DNA from: an uncultured delta proteobacterium
GTDB taxonomy: Bacteria > Desulfobacterota > Binatia > UBA9968
DNA: 64,000 nucleotides
Direction: 5' to 3'
NCBI GenBank assembly: GCA_963771465.1
Contig: CAVYTU010000019.1
Span: forward strand, 96,001 to 160,000
Below, in pieces: positions 47,549 to 57,812 of the stretch (its first letter is position 1; the number at the start of each line of letters is the position of its first letter). The position numbers were made by a program, and so were the translations under genes. The notes beneath the pieces are model-generated. The model was not told the DNA's origin. It made no database searches and worked only from the letters and a program-made list of their open reading frames with translations.

Positions 47549-48892
47549 TCAGTTCACGAGGATAATTTGCAGGTCCATGATGTTAGTGAGCGTGGGTCCG
47601 GTGATGAACAAATCGCCGGTCGCTTGGAGAAAGCGATAGGAATCGTTGCGCGCCAGAAACTTCTGCGCGTCGAGCCCTTTCAACTCGCCGCGCCGAATTG
47701 TTGTTGTGTCGACAATTCCTCCTGCGGCGTCCGTCGGCCCGTCCGTACCGTCCGTTCCAGCGCTGAGAATGACCACGTCTTTCAGCCGGCCCATCGCATC
47801 ATTCAGCGCGAGCGCGGCAGCCAGGGCAAACTCTTGATTGCGCCCGCCCACGCCATCACCACGAACAGTCACGGTCGTTTCGCCGCCGGAGAGCAAACAT
47901 GCCGGTCGCGGGATCGGTTCATTCTGTTGCAGAACACTTTTCACCAGCGCGACGTGGGACTGCGCGACCATGCGGCTCTCGCCTTCGATAGCGCTGGAAA
48001 CAATCTGCGCATGATATCCCAACGCTTCGGCCTTCTGTTTTGCCGCCGCCAACGCCCAACGATTGCTGCCAACGATAAGGTTTTGGACATTTTGAAAAAT
48101 CGGGTTGGATGGCTTGGGTGTTTCGGCAAACTCGCCGCGCGCGCCACCATCTAAGAAATTAAGCACTACCGGGGCTATCTTGTTGGTAAGTTCGTAACGC
48201 CGAATAATTTCGCGACAGTCCGTGAACGTCGTCGTATCGGCAACCGTCGGCCCCGAAGCGATCGCTTCGAGGACATCGTCGACGACGTCGGAAAGAATCA
48301 GTGCAATGATTCTGGACGGCTGGGCTAACGCGGCCAGTCGGCCGCCTTTTAGTTGTGAGAGATGCTTGCGCACGGCATTCACTTCGCCAATCCTCGCGCC
48401 GCACATGAGTAGGGATTGAGTCGTAGTTTGTTTGTCTGCCAACGTCAGCCCAGCAACCGGCATCGGCAAAAGCGCCGAGCCACCGCCGGAAACCACAAAC
48501 AGTATCAAATCGGCTACGCCGGTATTGGCCACGATCTCCATGATTCGCCGCGCGCCAGTAACTCCATTCTCGTCAGGAATCGGATGACCCGCTTCGATGA
48601 TCTGGATGGTTGTCAACGGCGTCCCATGACCATACTTGACGACCACGGCGCCGTCGGCGATGCGTGCGCCAAGAATTTCTTCAAGCGCCAAAGCCATCCG
48701 AGCTGCGGCTTTGCCGCAGCCGACGACGTAGACGTGGCGAATTTCCGCTAGGTCATACTCCGTTCCGCCAACCCGTAGCCAACTACCGTTCAGCGTCACA
48801 TGCCGTTTGACTGCTTCCAAGGGATCGGCAGATGCCAAGCCGGTGGCAAAAATTTGCCGGGCGTGATCGCGCAGCTGTATCAACGACGCCAT
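47549..48892 (-). CDS. Glycerate 2-kinase (TtuD/MOFRL family)
   Basis: GCGKAA, EAGHPIPD, SGGGSAL, RKHLSQLKGG, SGGETTV, GGRNQE, GTDGTDGPTDAAG, TGPTLTNIMD. Confidence 0.93.
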   Translation of the reverse strand: MASLIQLRDHARQIFATGLASADPLEAVKRHVTLNGSWLRVGGTEYDLAEIRHVYVVGCGKAAARMALALEEILGARIADGAVVVKYGHGTPLTTIQIIEAGHPIPDENGVTGARRIMEIVANTGVADLILFVVSGGGSALLPMPVAGLTLADKQTTTQSLLMCGARIGEVNAVRKHLSQLKGGRLAALAQPSRIIALILSDVVDDVLEAIASGPTVADTTTFTDCREIIRRYELTNKIAPVVLNFLDGGARGEFAETPKPSNPIFQNVQNLIVGSNRWALAAAKQKAEALGYHAQIVSSAIEGESRMVAQSHVALVKSVLQQNEPIPRPACLLSGGETTVTVRGDGVGGRNQEFALAAALALNDAMGRLKDVVILSAGTDGTDGPTDAAGGIVDTTTIRRGELKGLDAQKFLARNDSYRFLQATGDLFITGPTLTNIMDLQIILVN

Positions 48893-49015
48893 AGTCGGAA
48901 TTTAGCAAGCACCGACCGTGGAACACAATTGGCATGTCGTGCGTGACGACGCACGCAGCCGTACTAGCAGCGAGCGGATTTAACTAGAGGGAAACGATCT
49001 CGATTTGGGTAGAAG

Positions 49016-49387
49016 TCAGAAGAGACGAAAACCGCCGAAGCCGTACTCACCGATCCACTTGTTAGTCGTGGGGTCGTAGATATCGATGAGCATATTCTTC
49101 TCTGGATGTCCGGCAAGAAAACGTGAAAAGACCTCGATGAACTCTTCTTTGGCCTCAGCGTCAGCCTGCATGAACCCTTCACCGATGTAGAGACGATGGG
49201 GTCGTTTGCTGCTGTCGAGTCTAAGCCAAAAACGTGTCCCGCCTACTCCGGCCAAGTCGAGCCACTTGCGGTACTCCAGAACGCGCGCTTCGATCGCTTT
49301 GAAGTTGGGAACCTGCGCCGGGACGACGGTTGGGAAAAAAAATGCGGATGCCAAGAAAAGAATTTTCACTTTTCCTAGCATCCGCAT
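49016..49387 (-). CDS. Exported hypothetical protein
   Basis: 123 aa with signal peptide VPA|Q; co-oriented just downstream of the OmpA gene. Confidence 0.6.
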   Translation of the reverse strand: MRMLGKVKILFLASAFFFPTVVPAQVPNFKAIEARVLEYRKWLDLAGVGGTRFWLRLDSSKRPHRLYIGEGFMQADAEAKEEFIEVFSRFLAGHPEKNMLIDIYDPTTNKWIGEYGFGGFRLF

Positions 49388-49411
49388 GTTGACAGCCCTC
49401 GTCAGCCTAAA

Positions 49412-50128
49412 TTAGTTGACTTTGATCTCGACGCGGCGGTTTTTGGAGCGGCCTTCAGCGGTTTTATTATCCGCGATCGGCTTGCTCTCGCCAAAACCCT
49501 GTCCAGAGACGCGTCCGCCATCCACACCCTTCTTCACGACGTAATCTTTCACCGAAGCTGTGCGCCGTTCCGACAGAGCCTGGTTGTACGCATCTGAACC
49601 GACGCTGTCGGTATGGCCGGCCAAGCTCGCCTTTTTGTCTTTATTCTCGTTCATGAAAGCGACCAGCCGATCCAAGATCGCGCCCGCTTCCGACTTGATG
49701 TTACTCTTGTCGAAATCAAAGAGCACGTCATCCAGAATAATCGTCCGCTCAACCACTGGCGCGGGCTTGGGTGCCGGCGGCGGCGGTGGTGGTGGTGCCG
49801 GCTTTGGCGCAGGCGGTGGAGGCGGCGGAGGTGGTGGCGGAGGTGGTGGTGGCGGTGGCGGCGGCGCTGGCTTTGGATCTTCAGTCAATAAGTAAGCCAA
49901 ACCACCGCAGACCAATGCGCCGGTAACCGCGCCAATCGCAGCTCCTAAAGCCTCGTTACGATGTTTGCCGTTGACACCTTGGTGCGCGACAGCTGCGCCG
50001 CCCGCGCCGCCCATGACACCGCAAACGCTAGCGCCCACAAGCGCAGCCTGGTTCCTGGTTAACCCAGTACAACCCGCCATGAAAAAACCTAGCGCCGTCA
50101 GCGCCAGATATTTGTTGTTTTTAGTCAT
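49412..50128 (-). CDS. OmpA-family lipoprotein with glycine zipper and polyproline linker
   Basis: Lipobox MAG|C, glycine zipper, VLFDFDKS, GHTDSVGSDAYNQALSERR, GFGESKP, NRRVEI. Confidence 0.92.
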   Translation of the reverse strand: MTKNNKYLALTALGFFMAGCTGLTRNQAALVGASVCGVMGGAGGAAVAHQGVNGKHRNEALGAAIGAVTGALVCGGLAYLLTEDPKPAPPPPPPPPPPPPPPPPPPAPKPAPPPPPPPAPKPAPVVERTIILDDVLFDFDKSNIKSEAGAILDRLVAFMNENKDKKASLAGHTDSVGSDAYNQALSERRTASVKDYVVKKGVDGGRVSGQGFGESKPIADNKTAEGRSKNRRVEIKVN

Positions 50129-50165
50129 TTTTGCCTCCCCAAAATTTGATGCGAAAATTTTGGCC

Positions 50166-50194
50166 AAATTAGTACAACGTTCCGGGTATGTCAA
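50166..50194 (-). promoter_or_regulatory. Candidate sigma70 promoter of the OmpA gene
   Basis: Minus strand TTGACA-N17-TAATTT. Confidence 0.5.
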
Positions 50195-50679
50195 GTAATA
50201 TTTTCGCGTTGTAGTAGCAAAGTGAGTATGACAGGGGCCAACAACAAGCGGAAAGGCTTCCTCGATGGACCTATTTCCAATCAATCAACCCTGCACCATG
50301 AACTGCCACCCTGACATTTTTTCGTTGCTATTAACCTGACATATTGACGTTGCCACGACAGTAATATTTTCGCGTATTTAAATCAGTATATCATCCGATC
50401 GGTCACTATTGCCTCCCAATTTCAACCATTTATCGTGCCGCTGGTTCGTCTTTTAGGTTTGCGGCCATGTTTGATTTACCAATGATATGAGAAAGGGTCG
50501 CTCGGGCGTTTAGCTGTTTTTCTTCGGGCCCGTTGCCGCTACCATGCCGTTTTATCGCGGAGGTCCAGCGACAGATGGAAAAGAAAATTATCAGCTGCTT
50601 GAGGCGAGATCGAATTTTCGCTTAAAATAGTTCGGGCGCAAGGAATCGCCACGCCATTTGTAGTTTATTAGATGAAGGC

Positions 50680-51951
50680 TCACCTGCTGTAACAGCTTTT
50701 CACGGCCATTTCCTGGCCGGAGCTGACTGATTGGAATTTTGTCCAGAAAGCGTCGTCGACTTTTTTCCACGTCGCACTCTGGCGCACGCCGCGATAGCGC
50801 GCCACCCCGCCAGGTCCGGCGTTGTAGGCTGAATAGGTTGACCGCGCCAAGTGGCCGCCGGGTTGTTTATCTTCTTTTTTGGGAATCACGTAGCGAGTCA
50901 AATAGTAATGCAAGATTTCCGCGCCGGCGTTGCCGTTGTAACTGATATCGCCGTTTAGTCCTTTAACATCGTAGAGGTTGCGCCAGGTGATGCGGTTAAC
51001 CTGCATCAAGCCGACGTCGCCCGTACTCGATGCCAACGGCGTCAGCTTCGCGCCTTTTTTTATGAATTGGCGCCAGCAGCTTTCTTGCCAGCCCGTGGCG
51101 AAAACGATTTGCCGATAGAGCCGCTGATGATTCGGCGCCAACGCCGATTTGGCAAATACTTTGTCCGCCGTCTCCGTCAGTAACTGGCGTACCTCGACCA
51201 GATAATCTTGAATCTCCTGCTGCTCCGGCACCCATTGATTCAAGCGGTCGAAGTCGACCGCCGCCGCATGGGCCACCCGCGCATCTAGCAATCTCAACGC
51301 AGCCGAGGCTTTCTCGCGCAATTGCTGCAACCTCCCCTGCTCCAATTGCGGCGACGGACGAGCCGATGGCAGCGCGCTGGTGAAACCGAGAAAACTTCTA
51401 AGCGCGGCGTCGATGTCGAGCGAATAGGCTAACGGATCGCTGTTGCTCGTGTCGAGAAACTTTGCCGCGCCGCGCAAGGCGTCGGGGGTGATGCGGAACA
51501 AACCGAATTGAGCGCCGACGCCAGCCAAGGACTTAATCCCATCCATGGCGCTGATGAAGCTGGTGAACTGGGCCGCGCTCGCCGGCGAGAGAGTCGACAG
51601 CGACCGTTTCAACACCGGCGCTAAACGGTCCCAACTCGTTAAAAACAAACTGGGCACCGGGTCGGGCGCGCCGCTGGCGACCGTTTGAGTCAGTTGATAG
51701 CGGGCATCGAGAAAAACTTCGCCCACTTGATCGCGCTGCGCCGGGCGCAACTCCTGCCCCAATCGTTTGACCGCAAACGTCAAAAACGAATCCCACTGTT
51801 GCCAATCCGCGCGCGCGCCTGTCGGCAACGCTAACGCAGCGATTTGCACTTCGCGGGTTGGCGTCCTTTCCGCGGCCCAAGCTGCGCTTACGAGCGCCGC
51901 CACAACCGGGACTAGCCACAAGCCAAGCTTCAACAGACGTATCATGGTCAT
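50680..51951 (-). CDS. Exported lytic-transglycosylase (SLT)-domain protein
   Basis: WQESCWRQF (catalytic E-S), GDVGLMQVN, SAYNAGPG; start approximate. Confidence 0.75.
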   Translation of the reverse strand: MTMIRLLKLGLWLVPVVAALVSAAWAAERTPTREVQIAALALPTGARADWQQWDSFLTFAVKRLGQELRPAQRDQVGEVFLDARYQLTQTVASGAPDPVPSLFLTSWDRLAPVLKRSLSTLSPASAAQFTSFISAMDGIKSLAGVGAQFGLFRITPDALRGAAKFLDTSNSDPLAYSLDIDAALRSFLGFTSALPSARPSPQLEQGRLQQLREKASAALRLLDARVAHAAAVDFDRLNQWVPEQQEIQDYLVEVRQLLTETADKVFAKSALAPNHQRLYRQIVFATGWQESCWRQFIKKGAKLTPLASSTGDVGLMQVNRITWRNLYDVKGLNGDISYNGNAGAEILHYYLTRYVIPKKEDKQPGGHLARSTYSAYNAGPGGVARYRGVRQSATWKKVDDAFWTKFQSVSSGQEMAVKSCYSR

Positions 51952-52000
51952 CTTACTTGGGGACATTTACAATGAGCCGTCGCGACAAAACACCTCAATA

Positions 52001-52438
52001 CTATTTCAAGTCCGACGTGCAGTGTCCGCACTTGGTCGCCTTGATCGGGATCATCGCCAGGCAGTGCGGGCACTCTTTCGTCGGCGCCGCGGCTGGAGCA
52101 ACCGGTGGAGCCTGCATTCGATTGATCTGTTTGACCAGCATGAAAATCGCGAAAGCGACGATCACGAAATTGATGATATGGTTAAAAAACATGCCGTAGT
52201 TCAGCGTCGCCGCCCCGGCCGCCTTGGCCGCAGCCACACTGGGAAAGTCTTTTCCGGATAGATTGAGAAACAAGTTGGAAAAATCGACCTTGCCCAGCGC
52301 CAACCCGATCGGCGGCATGAGCACGTCCTCGACAAATGATGTAACGATCTTGCCGAACGCGGCGCCGATCACCACGGCCACTGCCAAATCGACGACGTTT
52401 CCCCGGGCAATAAATTCTTTGAATTCTTTTAACATCAT
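52001..52438 (-). CDS. mscL: Large-conductance mechanosensitive channel
   Basis: [32 protein letters not shown]; [11 protein letters not shown]. Confidence 0.95.
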   Translation of the reverse strand: MMLKEFKEFIARGNVVDLAVAVVIGAAFGKIVTSFVEDVLMPPIGLALGKVDFSNLFLNLSGKDFPSVAAAKAAGAATLNYGMFFNHIINFVIVAFAIFMLVKQINRMQAPPVAPAAAPTKECPHCLAMIPIKATKCGHCTSDLK

Positions 52439-52507
52439 CCCTCCTGATTGATTTAGAAACAGTAATGGCAAACAGCGAGCAGATTCACCCACGCCGGCAA
52501 TACGCCG

Positions 52508-52537
52508 CTTATACGTCAGTCAAAAATGCGAAGTCAA
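52508..52537 (-). promoter_or_regulatory. Candidate sigma70 promoter of mscL
   Basis: Minus strand TTGACT-N18-TATAAG. Confidence 0.4.
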
Positions 52538-52626
52538 TCAAACGATTTTATTGCACGCGCAAGCTCGGGCAAGATAATGCTGAGACGGAGTTGCCGTGAG
52601 ATTCGTCAACCTGTATCGTTTTTCTC

Positions 52627-55530
52627 ATGGCCGTTTCGGCGCGCACCGGTCGGAGAATCTTGCTTCTTGTGCTCGCATTCTTAGGCCTCCTCATTGTCAC
52701 CCTGTTGAGTGTTGTTCGCTCCAATGTATTTAGGGATTGGCTCCAAGCGGAAATTTCCGCGCGCAGCGGTTACACCGTTCGTGCCGGCGCGCTGAGCTAC
52801 CGTCTGCCTTTCGGCATCGTCGCGGCCGCCGTGCAACTTTCCAAAGCACCGCAGTTTGAGCTAACCACCGAGCGTCTAAGCGTGAGCTTCAATCCATTCG
52901 ATTTAGGGTCCAGCACGCTCGGTCGCTTGGAGTTTGAAAAGCCTGAGCTGCAACTCGACATCGATGAGATGATGAAGGCACCGCGCAGCCATCCGGCGCA
53001 AATCGGCTTGCGCCATCTAAATATCCGGGATGGCACGATCGTGGTGCGCAAAGGCCGCAAGACTCTATTCCAGTTGCCGAACATCACCTTGAGCGCAGAG
53101 AACCTAAACCTGGGAGGGCAATCGGGAGTAAATCTGCGCGCCGATGTGCCGCAATTCCATGGCGAAGCAGAGCTAGCGATCAAAGGCCAACTACGCGATC
53201 TAGATTCTCAACTGATCGTCCGGCCGAAACAGTCAAAAGGAATTTTTAGCCGGCGCACGACGGAGCGAGCGGAATTGTTAAATCTACGGCTCAAGCTGCG
53301 CGCGCCGGCGGAACAGCCGGCCGAGGCGATGATTGAGAGCAAGTTCGACAATCTCGCCGTCGGCGCCTACAAACTCACAGGTACACTCAACACGCAGGTC
53401 GCTATCGATGCCAATGTTACCGAGGCAAGCATTTCGGGCGCAACGACCATCGCCGATTTTCCCCATAGCGTGAGCCCCGTGGCGCTTCAGCTTGCCAAGG
53501 GAAATGCCAGCGCGAAGTTTACCGCCAATTATTCAATCGCGAATAAGACGCTGAGAGTCAAAGAATTCTCCCTCCACTCTCATCTCGGCAAAGGCAGCGG
53601 GGCCGGGGAAATCACGTTTACCCCGCCAACACCAAGCGTTAATGCCAAGATCACACTGCGCGAGCTACCGGTGGAAGCTCTCAAGTCGCACTTGCCCGCG
53701 CCCATGCATCATTGGAACTACCAAGGCCACGGGCAACTCGAGTTGGACCTGCAAGGCGCGTGGAATGCGCTGGTGACCAAGGGAACAATCCAGAGCGACA
53801 AGTTACAGATGCGCGGCGACGATGTTGTCATCGCCAGCGCGACTGTTGCGGCGCCATTTGAATGGACCAACCCGACGCTTCGTTTCAAGGAAACAAAAAT
53901 ACGCGCTGAGAAATTAACCTACACGCCCAAAGACCGTTGGCAGGCCGCGGCGGAGAAGTTGCAAATCGATGCAACGTTCGACTACCAAGCGAAACAACCC
54001 TTGATAAAGCTCAATGGTCGCGTCGAAACCACCGGCGCGAAGTTCAACTCCCCGGATAGCACGAAAATTGGCGAGAATTTAAATTTGCGCGGCCCGCTTC
54101 AACTCATGGTCGACTCGGAAAAACAGATAACCACCGTTAGCGGCAAAATCAGCGCCGACAACGGCGAGATATTGTGGGGAAAGTTTTTCGGCGATGTAAA
54201 ACTTCAGAAGCCGGTCGTCGATCTTGAGGTTGACTATGTTCGCAACCGAGACCGGCTCGACTGCCGGCGCTGTAGTGTGAACTTCGCGGCCATTGGCACC
54301 GTCGACGCTAACGGCGCCATCGAACGCTTGATGGAAAACCCGGAGTTCCGCTTGCGAGCGCAGAGCGCGAGTTTTTCGCCGAACGGATTTTTCGAGTTTT
54401 TTCTGCGCGAAACCTTCAAACGCCAATATCCCGTGCTCGACCGGCTGAACCTGGCAGGCCAGATGGCCTTCCAGCTCGAACTCCAAGGCAGCCTTGACAC
54501 ACTCAACGCCGAAGGCGAGCTGTCTCTCAAAGGCGCCGAGCTAACCGCGAAATCCAATGACTGGCGGATCGGACCTTTCGCCCTCGAGCTGCCGTTTCAG
54601 GTAAATTTAGCTCAAGCGAAAGCGAAGTCGTCGGGCAATCCGCGCATCGGAACGCTCACCATCGAACGGGCGCGCTTCGCCAAGCAAACCATCCCAAGGG
54701 TCAGCACGTCCTTGTCTCTCGCGAACAACAGCCTGCGCCTGCATCAGCCCATTCGTATGGCCGTCTTTGGCGGCACGGTGGAGATCGGCAATCTTTTCTG
54801 GCCAGACATCATAAATGATCCGAGGAAAGTCTCCTTTTCAGCCGAAACCAAGCAGCTGCAGCTGCAAGAGTTAACTGAAGCGATAGATTGGCCGCGTTTC
54901 AGCGGCACGATGACGGGTTCGATTCCTGAAGTGCAGTCAATCGGCACAACGCTACGCACCGGCGGCGAGATTCAAGCCGAAGTATTCGGCGGTCGCGTGC
55001 GCATGGGCAGATTGGAAATTGAAAATCCCTTTTCAGCGCTGGCGTCGATCAAGCTCGATGCCAAGCTTGACAATATACAGCTGGAACAGCTCTCGAAGAC
55101 GTTTGCCTTCGGCCGCATCTCAGGCATTCTGGAAGGGACGATTGACGAACTCGTCTTGACCGATGGTCAACCGGCCGAACTGCGCGCCGATCTGCATTCG
55201 GTCGACCGCGGCGGCGAGCAGCGGATTAGCGTCGAGGCACTCAATAAGATTACCGTGCTAAGCTCCGGCCAAGAGGCTGGCGCGCTTTATGGCGGCCTGG
55301 CGAGTTTTTTCGACAGCTTTCGCTACAGTAAGCTCGGCTTCAAAGCGACGTTGAAAAACGACCGGCTCACCTTGCGCGGCGTCGAAAGCCAGGGTGATAA
55401 AGAAATGCTCGTAGTCGGCAGCCTGTTGCCGCCGACGGTTAATATCGTGAGCCACACGCAAAATATCGCCTTTTCTGAACTTTTGCGGCGGCTGGAGCGT
55501 ATCAAATCCGACAAACCAAACGTCAAATAG
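52627..55530 (+). CDS. AsmA-like/YdbH-type large beta-rich envelope protein
   Basis: N-terminal TM anchor, long beta-strand repeats, C-terminal FGGRV...FGRISG...FDSFRYSKLGF; followed by a YdbL-like gene. Confidence 0.7.
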   Translation: MAVSARTGRRILLLVLAFLGLLIVTLLSVVRSNVFRDWLQAEISARSGYTVRAGALSYRLPFGIVAAAVQLSKAPQFELTTERLSVSFNPFDLGSSTLGRLEFEKPELQLDIDEMMKAPRSHPAQIGLRHLNIRDGTIVVRKGRKTLFQLPNITLSAENLNLGGQSGVNLRADVPQFHGEAELAIKGQLRDLDSQLIVRPKQSKGIFSRRTTERAELLNLRLKLRAPAEQPAEAMIESKFDNLAVGAYKLTGTLNTQVAIDANVTEASISGATTIADFPHSVSPVALQLAKGNASAKFTANYSIANKTLRVKEFSLHSHLGKGSGAGEITFTPPTPSVNAKITLRELPVEALKSHLPAPMHHWNYQGHGQLELDLQGAWNALVTKGTIQSDKLQMRGDDVVIASATVAAPFEWTNPTLRFKETKIRAEKLTYTPKDRWQAAAEKLQIDATFDYQAKQPLIKLNGRVETTGAKFNSPDSTKIGENLNLRGPLQLMVDSEKQITTVSGKISADNGEILWGKFFGDVKLQKPVVDLEVDYVRNRDRLDCRRCSVNFAAIGTVDANGAIERLMENPEFRLRAQSASFSPNGFFEFFLRETFKRQYPVLDRLNLAGQMAFQLELQGSLDTLNAEGELSLKGAELTAKSNDWRIGPFALELPFQVNLAQAKAKSSGNPRIGTLTIERARFAKQTIPRVSTSLSLANNSLRLHQPIRMAVFGGTVEIGNLFWPDIINDPRKVSFSAETKQLQLQELTEAIDWPRFSGTMTGSIPEVQSIGTTLRTGGEIQAEVFGGRVRMGRLEIENPFSALASIKLDAKLDNIQLEQLSKTFAFGRISGILEGTIDELVLTDGQPAELRADLHSVDRGGEQRISVEALNKITVLSSGQEAGALYGGLASFFDSFRYSKLGFKATLKNDRLTLRGVESQGDKEMLVVGSLLPPTVNIVSHTQNIAFSELLRRLERIKSDKPNVK

Positions 55531-55542
55531 ATGGGAGAAACT

Positions 55543-56124
55543 ATGCTAAATCGAATGTTAATAATGGCCGCGTTCCTGATCAGCGCTTGCGTGACGGTGA
55601 ACATTTACTTTCCGGCCGCCGCCGTCGAGCGCGCCGCGGAACAAATCGTTAAGGAAACTTGGGGCGACGTCGCCGGACCGGCAAAAATGCCCGCGCCGCA
55701 GAGTTTCAACTTGTTTTCGCCGTTGCGTTTAGCAGCGATGACGCTAGTCAGTGAAGCCCAGGCCCAGGAAGCCGACATCAATGTGTCCAATCCGGGTATC
55801 CGCGCGTTGAAAGATTCGATCAAAGCGCGAAGCGCGGCCATCATGCCGTTTATGGATCGTGGTAACATTGGCATCGCTCAGGACGGCCTGCTTGCCATCC
55901 GCAGCACCGAAGGGCTCAATCTCAAAGAGCGCGCCGAAACCCAGCAACTCGTCGACGCCGAAAACCGCGACCGGGAAAATCTCTACGCCGAGATCGCCAA
56001 AGCCAACGGCTTCCAGAAAGAAAGCATCGCCAAGATCAAGACCATTTTCGCCAAAAGCTGGCTCGATCAAGCGCGCCCAGGCTGGTGGATACAGGACGGT
56101 CCGGGAAATTGGAAGAAAAAATAG
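55543..56124 (+). CDS. YnbE-like lipoprotein fused to a YdbL (DUF1318) domain
   Basis: ISA|CVTVNIYFPAAAVERAA; GNIGIAQDGLL, LVDAENRDRENLY, ARPGWWIQ...W.KK. Confidence 0.8.
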   Translation: MLNRMLIMAAFLISACVTVNIYFPAAAVERAAEQIVKETWGDVAGPAKMPAPQSFNLFSPLRLAAMTLVSEAQAQEADINVSNPGIRALKDSIKARSAAIMPFMDRGNIGIAQDGLLAIRSTEGLNLKERAETQQLVDAENRDRENLYAEIAKANGFQKESIAKIKTIFAKSWLDQARPGWWIQDGPGNWKKK

Positions 56125-56155
56125 CCTCGTGCCAACTCAAAGGAGAGACGCAGTC

Positions 56156-56680
56156 ATGAGACGCATATTTGTGATACCGTTGCGAATATTTTTTTTCATC
56201 GTTGCGCTGGGTCTACTAAACGTTTGGTCCTATGCTCAAACTACGAAAGGAGCGTATACAACCACGGCCGACGTGCCGCTGCGCAGCGGGCCGGGGAACT
56301 TCCACGAAGTCGTCACGACGCTACCGAAGGGCATCAATATCAACGTCGTCGGCAAAGAAGGTTTCTGGCTGAAGATCGAATCCAAACACGGCGACAAGCC
56401 GGGCTACATCGACGAACAGTTCGCTAAACCGTTAACGACGGAACCGGCCGCGCAAACCAGTGCGAGCACCAATCCAATCGCCGGCCCGTACCGCACGCTG
56501 AAGGAACTCGACCTACACGAAGGGCCGGGAACAAAATACCCGACCGTCGCGAGAGTCCCAGCCGACGTCAAGGTCAACGTCTTGCGCGCCGAAGGCGACT
56601 GGCTGAGAGTCGAATCGAAACAAGGCGGCAAACCGGGCTACGTCGACAAACGCGACGTCGAGCGCTGGCGCGATCGTTAA
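56156..56680 (+). CDS. Exported protein with two bacterial SH3 domains
   Basis: LRSGPG...WLKIES...GYI and LHEGPG...WLRVES...GYV. Confidence 0.85.
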   Translation: MRRIFVIPLRIFFFIVALGLLNVWSYAQTTKGAYTTTADVPLRSGPGNFHEVVTTLPKGININVVGKEGFWLKIESKHGDKPGYIDEQFAKPLTTEPAAQTSASTNPIAGPYRTLKELDLHEGPGTKYPTVARVPADVKVNVLRAEGDWLRVESKQGGKPGYVDKRDVERWRDR

Positions 56681-56791
56681 TGAAATAGACCAAAGGACTT
56701 TTCACCGCGAAGGAGCGGAACTCGTCGAGATTGGTTTTATACTCTTCCTCCTCGTCGTTCGACAAACCGCCGCATACTCGCAGCCAACTCG

Positions 56792-57604
56792 TTACCCTTT
56801 GCCCAACTCCTGTGAGCGTTTGGTCGCGCTAACCACCGCTTCCATCACGGTGCCGTGAAAACCTTTTTGCTCCATGGCGTAGAGGCCGGCGATGGTCGTA
56901 CCTCCGGGTGAAGTGACTTCGTCCTTCAACTCGCCTAAATGCTTGTTTGCTTCCAACGCCATTTTCGCGGCGCCGTAGACGGTTTGCACGGCGAGCTTGA
57001 GCGCGACGTCGCGCGCGAGGCCGACCTGCACGCCGCCGTCGGCGAGCGCTTCCATGAATAGATATACATAAGCCGGCCCGCTGCCGCTGAGGCCGGTGAC
57101 CGCGTCCAAATATTTTTCTTCCACCGCCATACCGACGCCGAAGCTGTTGAGAATCGCGCCGACCTTCTCCAAGTCGGCAGCGGTCGCATGGGCGCCGCCA
57201 GCGTAGCCCGCCGCGCCGGCGCCGACGACGCAAGCAATGTTGGGCATCACCCGGACGACGCGCGCTCCTTGGGCCAAACCAGCCTCGATGCGCGCCAATG
57301 GCACGCCGGCGGCGACTGACACCAACAATTTTTTCGCGCCGAGCTTTTTGGCGATCTCGCGGGCTACCGAGTCGACGATCTGCGGTTTGACGGCGAGAAT
57401 GACAATGTCGGCGAAGTCACAGAGTGTAGCGTTGTCTGCGCTGACTTTGATGCCTAGTTCATCGCCCGCCGCCTGACGCAGCGCTTCGCTGACATCGCTA
57501 GCCATTACGTTCTCTTTCGCGGTAAGCCCCGCGCCGATAACGCCGCGCGCGATCGCTGAACCGATTTTTCCCGCACCGATCACACCGATTTTTTCCGTCA
57601 ACAC
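56792..57604 (-). CDS. proC: Pyrroline-5-carboxylate reductase
   Basis: IGAGKIG, LAVKPQ, RVMPN, TGLSGSGPAY, VTSPGGTT; GTG start after GGAGG. Confidence 0.95.
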   Translation of the reverse strand: MLTEKIGVIGAGKIGSAIARGVIGAGLTAKENVMASDVSEALRQAAGDELGIKVSADNATLCDFADIVILAVKPQIVDSVAREIAKKLGAKKLLVSVAAGVPLARIEAGLAQGARVVRVMPNIACVVGAGAAGYAGGAHATAADLEKVGAILNSFGVGMAVEEKYLDAVTGLSGSGPAYVYLFMEALADGGVQVGLARDVALKLAVQTVYGAAKMALEANKHLGELKDEVTSPGGTTIAGLYAMEQKGFHGTVMEAVVSATKRSQELGKG

Positions 57605-57812
57605 TGGAAACCTCCTGGGTGGCACATCGAATAGACGCCAGCATAAATGCTAGCAGCAAGAACTTCAAAGGCCGAAAAAATGAAAAGGCCCGCGGCAGTT
57701 AGCCGAAGGCCTTCAATTCAAAACGCAGCTCAGACAGTGCCAAGGGGCGAGCGTGGAGCAGTCACCCAATTCCTGACTGCCGACTTCTGACTCCTGTCTT
57801 CCGAATTCTCTT

